Below, one piece after another: positions 52,568 through 64,000 of a stretch of DNA of 64,000 nt. The position numbers and the translations under genes are program-made. Under the pieces are notes generated by a model, which made no database searches, had not been told where the DNA came from, and saw only the letters and a program-made list of their open reading frames with translations. How positions within the stretch are numbered: position 1 is the stretch's first letter; each line of letters starts with the position of its first letter. This DNA comes from the human T2T-CHM13v2.0 reference genome, Homo sapiens: NCBI RefSeq assembly GCF_009914755.1, contig NC_060929.1; one strand, given 5' to 3'.

Positions 52568-53296
52568 TCATCTTTATATTTATGTTTTCTAAAAAGAACA
52601 TTACTTTGATATTGCCCATCCCCAGGTTGCAAAGATTTTCTCTTTTTTTTCTTTTACTTCTATAAGTTTTATACACATAAGATTTGAATTTTGGTGTACA
52701 ATCCAGTTTGAGTTTACTTTTGGGTAAGGTCTGTGGTACAGATCAATATTTATTTTCTTCATAATTTATCAGTTTTTTCCAGCACTATATGTTGAAATGG
52801 TTTTTCTTTTGTCATCATCCTCTCTTGGCACTCTTGCCAAAAATCAACTGGCCATATACTTGTGAGTCTATTTCTGAACTCTACTTCCTTCCATTGACCT
52901 GGATATCTATTCTTTCACCAATAACACAGTGTCTCAATGTCTGCAATTCTGTGTTAAAATTAAGTACTGTAAATTCTCCAGATTTATTCTTGATTTTTAA
53001 GTTTATTTCAGTTATTCTAGCTGATTTTCTGGAAAAAAATCCTGGAACTTTGATTGAGATTTTATTTAAACAATAAACAATTTGTTAAGAATCGATATAT
53101 GAACAATATTTTTCAATTCAACAGCATGTTATATATCTCCATTTATTTAAGTTGTCTTTTATTGTGTTCGTTGTGGGCATATGGTTTTATTGTGTTCATT
53201 GTGGGCATCTCATAAAGAGATGTTATGTCTCATCAAATTTATTTTTAAATAATTTGTGTTTTTGGTATTTTGTAATGGAAACATCTATCTGTTTTT

Positions 53297-53575
53297 ATAG
53301 ATGGAGTCTCACTCTGCTGTCCAGGCTAGAGTGCAGTGGTGCAGGGAACTCACTGCAGCTTCGAACTCCTGTGCTCAAGTGATCCTCTTTCCTCTGCCTC
53401 CTGAGTAGCTAGGACTATAGGCACATGTCCTCACAATAATTCTCTGCTTTTTTCTTTGTAGAAATGTAGTCTTGCTATGCTGTCCATGCTGGTCTTGAAC
53501 TCCTGACCTCAAGCAATCCTCCCACCTTGGCCTCCCAAAGCATTGAGATTATGGGCATGGACCACAGTGCCTGGC
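53297..53575 (-). mobile_element. AluJ
   Basis: cactgcagcttcgaactcctgtgctcaagtgatcctc, gtcttgctatgctgtcc. Confidence 0.92.
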
Positions 53576-54267
53576 TGTAAATGGAATTTTCAAAATTTCT
53601 TTTCCAATTGTTTCTTGCTAGTGTATAAGTATGTAGTTAATTTTTATACATTAGTCTTTCATTCTATGACTTTGCTTTCTGAACATATTAGTTCAAGTAT
53701 CTATTTTTTGGTTTCTTTGGAATTTTCAACATTCATGCCATTTGAAAATATTATTTTCTCTTCTTTCTCTCTCTCTCTCTCTTTTTCTTTCCATTTACAT
53801 TTTTTATTTCTTTGAGTGAAAACTTCTGAGCGTAAAATTCTGATGGTAGATTTTGCTAGCAAATAAAAATTTTTTAATATATAAAATATTCAGATTTTTT
53901 AATATTCTGTTGATAAAATAATTTATATTTTTCAGGTAGCTTCACCATTTATCTCTAAGTTGTCAAAGTTGTTTTTAAAAAGGTGATTATAATATTCTCT
54001 TTTCTCCTTTTCAATTTCTGTAGCACCTGTAGTAAAAACCCCTTTAGCATTTCTCATGTTAGTGGTTTTTTTGGTCTCTTTTTCTCTTGATCAGTCTAGC
54101 TAAGGTTTATAGTTTTTGCCGATACTTTTGAACAATCAAATTTTGGATTTATTAGTGTTCTTATTGTTTATCTATTTTATCTTTATTGTTTATACTACCA
54201 TCCAAATATTTATTATATTTTTCCTCTTTGTTTTTAGAGTATTAGGTCATTGACAATAGCTGGTTCT

Positions 54268-54571
54268 TATTTTTTTATTTTTATTTATTTGTTTGACATG
54301 GAGTCTCACTCTGTCACCAGGCTGGAGTGCAGTGGCATGATCTCAGCTTGCTGCAACTTCTGACTCCCTGGTTCAAGCAATTCTCCTGCCTCAGCCTTGT
54401 GAGTAGCTGGGATTACAGGCACGTGTCACCACGCCCAGCTAATTTTTGTATTTTTAGTAGAGATGGGGTTTCACCAGTTGTCCAGTATGGTCTCAATCTC
54501 CTGACCTCGTGATCCTCCCACCTTGGCCTCCCAAAGTGCTGGGACTAGAGGCATAAGCCATCACCCTGGCC
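54268..54571 (-). mobile_element. AluSc-like
   Basis: ctctgtcaccaggctgg, tggtctcaatctcctgacctcgtgatcc. Confidence 0.94.
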
Positions 54572-54879
54572 TTCTTTTTTATCTTTAATAATAAAGTTAA
54601 TTTTTTCCTCTAGGAACTACTTTAACTAAATATTTCACATTTTTATATATTTTATTTTCATTTAACTTAGCTTTTGTATAATATCCTTTGTGTTGCCTTC
54701 TGTGATTCAGGAACTCCTTAGAAATGTTTGATTTAATTTCCAAAAATTTAGGGATTTCTCACGTATTTTATGGTCTTTAAGATATAGCAAATATTGCACA
54801 ACTATTATGTATGCATAAAAACTAAACATAAAAAGTTAAAAACAAATATATTTTAAAAATATATAGCATTAGAAACTAC

Positions 54880-55850
<971 letters not shown>

Positions 55851-56130
55851 AAATTTTAGCAAGAACTTTATCTCATCTGACTTTTGGAAAAAAAATTCCA
55901 AAGCATGTGTGCTTCGTTTTATTCTTCTAGTCTCTTTTCCTCTCAGAATTCATCTAAGTGGCTCTCTAAAGTCCTAGCTTACTTACTATTTAAAATAAAC
56001 CACAATATACTGTATGCTACTTTGATTTATTCTAAATACTTCATAACACATTCTCTATAATTATTATAAAATCCCTTCAAGCTATCTATTATAAAATTCA
56101 TTTAGATGAGTGGAATCAGATGTCCAGATC

Positions 56131-56302
56131 TGTGTTTATGTGTATATGTGTGTGTGTGTGTGTGTGTTTGTGTGTGTGTGTATGTGGGGGAGAGACTATT
56201 CTCTCCTTCCTTGCTTCCCTCTTTTCATCTCTTCTCCTGTCTTTTATTTTCTTCCTTCCTCCCTTTCTCTCTCCTTTCCTTCCTTCCTTCCTACTTTTTT
56301 CT
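56131..56302. repeat. (TG)n microsatellite followed by CT-rich polypyrimidine tract
   Basis: Directly visible. Confidence 0.9.
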
Positions 56303-57084
56303 TCATGAATATATATAGTGCTTGTACCAAAACTGTGCATGGTGCTTCTGGTAGAGCAGAAAAGGCATATTCTAGTTGGAAGCTCAAGACGACATCAAGT
56401 AATGATTTAAACTGAATAGCTGGAGGGATAGTTTTGTACTATTTTATATACAATAATGGAGAATTTCAAATTCTACTAAGAATAGAATTGAGTTCAGTTA
56501 ACTAATAATCTCAGGTTAAAAAAAAAAAGTTTCCATAATCTTTTTTTTTCTTTATTTAGAAGACAGCATTTTGAACAACAATTTTTTAAAAAAATTGGAA
56601 CAATATGTCTTTTACACAAAGTAATGAAATACGACGAATAATAGAAAGTGAAAGAAAGTAATAAAGGAAATCTGTTTCGGGTACTTTCACTTGTTCTTCT
56701 AAAGGTGTCTTTTTTTCATTGTGAAAGTGTGGTGTGAGCTTCATTTTCTTTCAAAAGTGCCGAACTGCAATCAAGAGTAATTTACATAAAAGACAGCAGG
56801 TAACAACATTTTGCAGCATATTTCCCTTTCATACAGGAAGAGAAAGAGAGAAGGAGAAGAAAAGAAAATCATCAAAGAGTTTATGAGGTCATTTCTGAAA
56901 CAAAGTCGAACATTAAAAAACAGCCCTTGGCTTCTGATAGAGAATAACTTAAAGTTATCCAGGTTCCATGGAATGCATTTAAGGCAATATAGCAGATGGG
57001 GTATTGAGTAACATCTTGAGTTAATTTATTTTTGAAGTGCACAATGACTTTTTATGATATAATTGAATTAGAGAGTCAGAAGGA

Positions 57085-57353
57085 ATATCTTTCTCCTGTT
57101 ATTTTATTGTTATCTTGGAAAAAGTATCAGAATATTCGTGCAATTATTATTATGATATGTAGGATACACACTTAAATCAGCATCAAACATATAATTTTTA
57201 AAAATTTTGTAGTTAATTCTGAGAAGAAAGCATAAAGACAATGTATACACTGCTACTCTGATGTTTCTGAGCCAACCAGCTTGTCCGGCATTGAGTGAGG
57301 TTTTAGTTGATTGTATGCTAGATTTTTCATTACATTTGCTACTGTATTTGTAA
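57085..57353 (-). other. Candidate terminal exon (acceptor, short open frame, AATAAA)
   Basis: Minus strand ttgcttttctatttcag|TTACAAATAC; frame xTNTVANVMKNLAYNQLKPHSMPDKLVGSETSE* (stop 57253-57255) or alternative frame open to 57110; AATAAA at 57103-57108. Confidence 0.35.
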
Positions 57354-57769
57354 CTGAAATAGAAAAGCAACTTTAATTTAAGTTCAAAAATTAACTACAG
57401 GTACCAATAGCCATTTCATTAGTAAAATTAAGAGAGAACGAGAAAGAGAGTATGTGTGTGTGTGTTTGGAAGGTATAATTACAGTGTCGAGTGTCTACTT
57501 TCAGTTTCATTCTTGAGATTAAAAAATTTGGAATAATAATGCAAATAAAGCAATTTATACTGACAATAATTTTACTCTTGATTTATCATAATGTACATCT
57601 TTCTACAGTTTTGTTTAAAAAATCTTTCTATTTTGAGAAAATCAAATAATATTAAGCAATTATAACTTAAGAAATGCCTTTTTTTCCAAATTCAACTTTG
57701 CATTTAGATTGCATTTAGAAAAAGATAAGATAATGTATTTACTTTGAATAAATGTTATTAAAATCCCGT

Positions 57770-59150
57770 ACACTGTTTGGGAAATCTTGGAAGCCAAAAG
57801 AGAATCTGTGAAAGAACATGCATTGCTCTCTTTTGCCAGTTATTTTTGTAAAATTACTTCCTAAGAAGAGACCCTGTAGAAGAAACCACCAATGTTCATA
57901 GTCCCTTATCTGGAGTAAGATTTTCCAGTGGATTCTCAAGGACATAAGGTTTTCCTTGTATGCAGAAGTTATGGTGAGAAATCAAGTATGCAGAAGCATC
58001 TATCATCACCTGCTTGGTAGATCTGAAGATGACAGGTAACTTGTCAACATATTGTCAACATACACTTTCCTTTCCTTCCGCTGTAGCAGCCTGGCAGCTT
58101 CTGTACACACTTTATTGTGCAGGTGCTTTCTTTTGGCAGACATGTTCAGATAATAGAGCAATCCAATCAAAACATCAGTGAGACTCCCTGACAGAACATT
58201 TGCTGCTTTGGAAACATTTGCACTTACCATATGGCAAGGGCATCTTAGGCTATGAAACAGTGATTATTCAGAGTTTCAGTCTCTGAAAAGCATGCAGGAT
58301 TTATTATGGTGAAAATGCACACATTTTAGAGCAATTTATAAGGTAGTTGCACAGTTAAGTCAGTAAAAAACATTTTTTTGCGGGTACACAACTGAGTGCT
58401 CCAAGAAATTGGGACTATCCTCCAAACTTTTTTCTGTATCACTAAGGAAATATATTTAAAATGTCTAAATAATATTGTATTCAATCTAATGTACTCCTTT
58501 CTTTGTTACAAATTAGCTGTTTTCTCTAGCAACTCGAATGTTCCTGTCATCCAGATAGAGCATCTTGCTTCCTTTAACAGGTCAACTGGCGGCATTAGGG
58601 CATATTGTCACTTTTAGTCCTTTCTTTTGTAGTTTCCATAATGACTGTTGCCCTTCCAGTTGTCCTTGCTGTTTAATTGCCATAAATCCTCATGTCAGCA
58701 CATTCATAACATGGCACAATTATCGAGTTTAAGGTGTATGTAGTTTTGTAGTCTGAATGCTTTCAGAAGAAAGAAGACCTTGATCTTATCAGTAACTTGA
58801 GTCCAAATTACATTTAAGGGTCTCACTTCTTGAGAGGTTTCCAGTGGACAGATAATCGAGCTTATGTGGATTCTTGTTATCTTCAAAGTGTGATTTTTTT
58901 CCTAACCCTTGCCTATTTTCAGTTATACCTTCCAGTTGATACTCATCTTGCTGTCTTTAATTTTCATTAGTTCATATAGATGCCAAGCATTTGTTTTTCT
59001 GTTCACTGAACAAAGTACACATACTAAAATGGGTTACAAATTAATTCTCTCAAATAAACCTAAAAATCTTCCTACAAATCTTAAGGGTACATTCATATTT
59101 TCCAGCATGAATTGACCTGGTACCATCATATATATCTGATATCGCTAGCT
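57770..59150 (-). mobile_element. Ancient R4/Dong-clade LINE relic (Mam_R4-like)
   Basis: Collinear minus-strand peptide remnants DYKTTY, ALMPPVDLLKE, LYLDD, FLGAL, CFSETETLN, VMIDAS, LVVSSTG. Confidence 0.6.
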
Positions 59151-60534
59151 TGCAGTCTGGAGGACACATTGGTGATACCATGAATGCTAATCATTCATCC
59201 ATCTCTTTCTTTCAATATTTTGCAAGATTCTTCATGTTGGCTAGTTAATTAAATGTCTCCTAGCATAAGATGTTTTCTGTAATTAAGTTAGTGCCTACAG
59301 AATAACAATAGTTTAGAGAGAGAGCTTTTATCAAGCAGAAAAAAAATTAAATGAAGTCAGTCTTCGGTTCTGAAATAATTGGGCTATAATTCACAAAAGA
59401 CATGAGACAGAAATGTAAAACTTTGACAAATATGACATGCCTTCAAATTGCCTGTTCAATATGAAGAAACTGTACAGACATATAACAGGAAAAGTAAATT
59501 TCTGGAATTTAAACTGTGGTTTGTCCATCATGTCTGCTAATGAAATTATACAATGTTTCAATGAAAAGATTACACTTCCGGCAAGCATTTATCTCCTCTT
59601 TATGTAACTCTTTATGTATTATATTATTTGTCAAAAAATATTGGTCAATGCAATATTTGTGATTATTGAATTGGATTAGTTGTTGGATTAGTTTGACAAG
59701 TGACACATAAAGTGTTTTTAAAAATGATTGTAAGAACCAAAAAATCAAAGAAAAACAAACCTGTAAATAAAATTTGAACAATGACATGCTTAACTCACAT
59801 ATAGAAGGCCTTTGATAGATCATTTTGAGGAAAAACTAACCACTCTTGCACACACACAACGAGAAACACAAAAATAAAACATATAGCATATGCCTTTACT
59901 AAACATTTCATTCAATAGGCTTAAGGACCCTTGTGTATTTTGTAAAGATTTACGTCATAATTATGAGAAAATTGCATTTAGAAAATTCAGTCAAGTATCA
60001 TGATAGTTGATTAATGGATAACAATAAACTATTCTGTTTTAGTACTTAAGTTCACTAGCTTAGGCAAAAGCAGTTAAAGAAGGAGTGTGATGGAAATTTA
60101 TTAGGAACCAGAAGAGACACAATGTGTATGCTAGAGATTTTCAGCACCCCAAAAGTAGGAACAAGTAGTGATGGTTTAGCCTTTTTCTTTAAGCATATAA
60201 AAGGTAGTGTTAGAAACTTAAAATTTCGCATTGCAGATGATAGCTCAGTTATTGGAATAACATGTCATAGGAGAGCACATGCAATGAAAACAATTGGTAA
60301 ACCCCAAAATATATTAACTATCCAAATAATGGTCTGTTTAATGCTTCAAAAAAAATCAGGAGTATGTTTTAAGTTAATCTATTCACTGGTCTACAAAGTA
60401 GGCAATTCTGACCCTCCAATAGATGGGCTACAGTATTTCCTGTGGATCTGACCAAATCCTCTCAGGAAACATTTAAAAATTGAAACACATCTGCAGAATC
60501 AAAATACAGAATCCTGATCATGAAGACAAAATGC

Positions 60535-60732
60535 TGACTGGTGGTTTGCAGGGCATATAGGGGAGGAGGGACTGGGAAGAAACTGCTTAATGAGTATGGG
60601 ATTTGACTTTTGAGTGATGGAAATACTTTGGAACTAAATACAGGCTGTGGTTGTATAACATTGGGAATGTACTAAATTCTATTGAATTACTTACTTTAAT
60701 ATTGTTAATTTTATGTCAAGTAAATTTTACCT
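60535..60732 (+). mobile_element. L1MB/MC 3'UTR fragment
   Basis: actgcttaatgagtatggg...gagtgatggaaatactttggaacta...ggttgtataacattgggaatgtactaaat. Confidence 0.82.
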
Positions 60733-60859
60733 TTTTTTTTTTAACAAATGCAGACTTCCCATCAGATTCCTACAGTAAACCCAGAATCGATTGTCCCTTC
60801 TGAGCACTGGTTTATGTTGTGCTCTTTCATGTGGTGGATACTCATTAAGTCCAATTGCA

Positions 60860-60985
60860 GTCTTTCCTATTGCTTTCTACAGGGCGGAGAATTCTCCTTT
60901 TTCATTTAAGAATTTCTAACACTTAGCACAGCCTCTGCCATTAAAAAAGCGTGTTCAATAAAGGATAAATACATAAATGAATACC
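60860..60985 (+). mobile_element. L2 3' end
   Basis: ctaacacttagcacagcctctgcc...gtgttcaataaaggataaatacataaatgaat. Confidence 0.6.
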
Positions 60986-61489
60986 ATTGCATAATTTTGA
61001 TTTTACTAGTTTAGAACCCTATGAATTTGTTCTTACAAATATCTGTGGTACTTCTAATTATATCCAAATTTCTCACAATGAAGCAAGCAATAATAGAAAA
61101 TAGATGACATTTTCTTTTTATGTATACTGATTGTGTTTCATTTGATGCAAACATGATTTGTAATAGCATTCATTTTCAGAAGCGGATCCATAAAGTCAAA
61201 GTTCTTATCACCGTGTTCTATAGGCAATATTTCCCTATGCTATGGTCTTGTATAAGGTTTCCAATTTTCAATTTAGTTATCAATAAAACATTGTTAGCCA
61301 TACCCAACTCTGGATTTTCGTAAGAAAGAAAAAATGTGTGCATACATGTACATATACCTATGTGTATATATTTATAAATGTATGTTCTTCTTAACATTTT
61401 TATTGATTTTTAATGTTAGGATAAAAAATTGTGTTTTACTTGTTAAAAATATTTTCCTATATTTATCTATTCTAATATTGATACTGACT

Positions 61490-61700
61490 GTAATGCAGAA
61501 TTAAAAGTATAGGCACTGGAGCCAGATTCACTCAGTTTTAAATGCAACTCTTCAATTTCTTAGATCTGTGACTTTGTCCAAGTTTCTTAAGCTTTCTGTG
61601 CTTCAGTTTTCTCATCACCAAAATAGTTATACCATTTATCTCATCAGGATATCTTAGTGATTAAAGTAGGTAAGATAAAATGCATAAAATTTGAAAATGA
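61490..61700 (+). mobile_element. MIR
   Basis: ggcactggagccagatt...ctgtgactttgtccaagtttcttaagctttctgtgcttcagttttctcatc. Confidence 0.85.
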
Positions 61701-63693
61701 CAGGCAACAAAAATAACTGTTTTATTATAAATATTATAGTTTTAACACACTATTTTTGGAAGTTGTTTAAGTATTCAATTTTTACTATTATAAATGTAGC
61801 ACCCTCCCTGCAGAAATTAGCATGGCTGAGGCAATGTTCTCTAAAGATTGTGGCTTGCCTTGTTTTACCAGCTCTGCTTACCAGGATCGTGAACGCATTA
61901 TAATAGTTGGGATTCATTCAGTCCAGAACATCAACCTAAAACAATTTATAAAGTGTATGGAGGATCTTTTTAACTAATTTCCTTATAAGCACAGTAAAGT
62001 AAAGTGTTCATGTTACAAAGCCACACAATGAAATGGAGGCTTTATAATAAAATCCACCTAAACATAACAATTAATTACAAAAGATGCATGGTATCATCTC
62101 AGAAGACTTTAGCTATTTCCCAGTTGCATCTTATTAAGGAGCTAGCGAAAATAGACCTACAATATTTTCAAGGATAGTCTTTCTTGGATTCTGGTTCAGA
62201 TTTCTTCTTTTTGATGAAATACAATTTTGTCTGATACCAGTCTGCTCAGAGATTTCTCTTTTATAGGCTATTTTCTGCATCTTAATCTCTGTTTATGAAC
62301 TTATTTTATTCACAAGCTATGTTTATAAAAAAAAGTTTTTCAATTTGTTTCAATAGTCATGTGTTCCTGGTGAAAATCCCTACTGCTGTATTTTTCTTCA
62401 TGTTGGATTATTACTCATTCTTACTTCTGTTTCTCTAAGGCCCTCCAGCATTTTCATGCAATCTGCTCATCCTTTGTTCATTCCATTTTTCTGTACAGCT
62501 CTCATGTTTTGGGCTATACTGTGTTAATAGTCTTGTTCTCCCTCTGCTCTCTCTCTCTCTCTTTTTTTTTTTTGTCAGTGAAAATATATTCCCAAAGTAA
62601 CATCTGAGCAGGGAATAAAAATGTCTCCCATTAAATGGAAATGTAAACATCATGATACCCTTTCTGTGCGCAATTGAACTACTTCCTTTCTCTTTGCAGA
62701 CGTGTTTTCCCCTCTTTCTCACTATTCCAATTTACAGGATTATGTATCTAGCCATCTCACACCCAATATTGGGTAGAGAAGAGAGTAGCAGATTTATTTT
62801 TTATTTTTTTGCCATTTGGAAGTTACATAAATACCAGCCTCAACAGTCCTCTCAGATCCATCCTTTTATCCTGATATTTTATAAATAGAAAAGGAGAAAA
62901 CATTCTTTTCTAAATATTAACTATAAACATCTCACATGCAACAAAAAGTGACATTTATCTTGTTCATAGACATATTATTACTTTCAGTTCTGTATATGAC
63001 AGAGCTTGTTAACTTTATTTCATAGTGGTAATGATACTCTATTGTGATAACAGTACTAGTCAAAATGGAAGCAATCTACTGCCTTATCTCATATTAGTAT
63101 CTGTCCTTCCCATTATTTATAAACTGTTGGCTCGCTTTTCCTAATTATGTTAATAATATATATTATATCATTTCTCTCAGTACTTTCATCATGAATTTAG
63201 AGAGCATATACTGTAGAACATAAATAAATAAATACATAGATAAATAAATACTACAAAACTAGTTCACAGTGGAGTTTATTGCATTGCCCAAAGGTGAAAA
63301 AAGTATATATTTATTTTTAGAGAAAATTGCGGGAGAATCTCATTAAGAACTAATGGCCTAAATAATTTTTTGAAACCGTGTTTCCCAGTTTACATCTTCC
63401 ATGGGGTATCTGCAGTTCTCTGTTGCTAAGGGATCTTGAGCTGTGTCTCTGATATTTTAGAAGGACCATTTGCAATGACAGAGTCAGCTTGTTACAGTGT
63501 ATTAGCTAGCATCACATAGCAGCTAATTTAAAAGAACTAAGAGGCTTAGTGATATGTAATCAGCCAAGAATGTGTGGACTCTTGCTCGGAGAAGTTAGTT
63601 ATTTCATTATTTTTTCATCAGCTGTGATGACAAAGTAGTTGACTAGAGGAAGTATACTGGCCAATAAATAAAGAGCTGTAGACTTGGAACACC

Positions 63694-64000
63694 ATTTTGT
63701 TTTTGTTTTTGTTTTTTTGAGATAGAGTTTTGCTCTTGTCGTCCAGGCTGGAGTGGAATGGCACGATCTTAGCTCACTGTAAACCTCCACTTCCCAGGTT
63801 CAAGCAATTCTCCTGCCTCAGCCTCCCAAGTAGCTGAAATTATAGGCACCTGCCACCACACTGGACTAACTTTTTTTTTTCCCCTGTTCTTTTAGTAGAG
63901 ACAGGTTTCTTCGTGTTGGCCAGGGTGGTCTTGAACTCCTGACCTCAGATGATCCTCCCACCTTGGCCTCCCAAAGTGCTGGAATTGCAGGCATGAGCCA
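63694..64000 (-). mobile_element. AluSp/Sq-like (runs to window end)
   Basis: gagttttgctcttgtcgtccaggctgg...cctgacctcagatgatcc; (GTTTT)n-type tail. Confidence 0.95.

Larger units (their letters stand above)
52600..54780 (-). mobile_element. Fragmented old L1M interrupted by two Alus
   Basis: ccagcactatatgttgaaatgg, gccaaaaatcaactggccatata, ctttgattgagattttatt, ttgatcagtctagctaaggttt. Confidence 0.75.

Noticed and set aside
60122-60451. 109-aa plus-strand ORF in unique DNA
   Set aside because: No recognisable domain, promoter or splice support; length is compatible with chance

Overview
AT-rich, gene-poor primate (human-like: AluY, LTR7/HERV-H, THE1, MLT2A, MADE1) genomic DNA dominated by decayed transposable elements. 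It holds two near-full-length old L1s (about 7.4-15.3 kb on minus and 34.1-42.1 kb on plus) carrying nested insertions, about ten Alus, many MaLR/ERVL/ERV1 solo LTRs, Tigger/mariner MITEs and L2/MIR relics. No intact protein-coding gene, RNA gene or CRISPR array is supported; nearly all listed ORFs are repeat-derived or chance. I found no evidence for a new multi-gene biological system. The most unusual signals are: (1) an L1-made, 5'-truncated, polyadenylated retrocopy of HERV-H RNA with TSD (18265-19002); (2) an ancient R4/Dong-type LINE relic with collinear RT, zinc-knuckle and restriction-like endonuclease motif remnants (about 57770-59150, minus); (3) an mRNA 3'UTR-like retrocopy inserted in L1 ORF2 (40838-41381); (4) a complex inverted duplication with a templated junction insert inside an L1 (37014-39410); (5) a candidate minus-strand terminal exon (about 57085-57353). 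Repeat subfamily names come from recognition of consensus sequences from memory and need RepeatMasker/Dfam confirmation; boundaries without TSDs are approximate.
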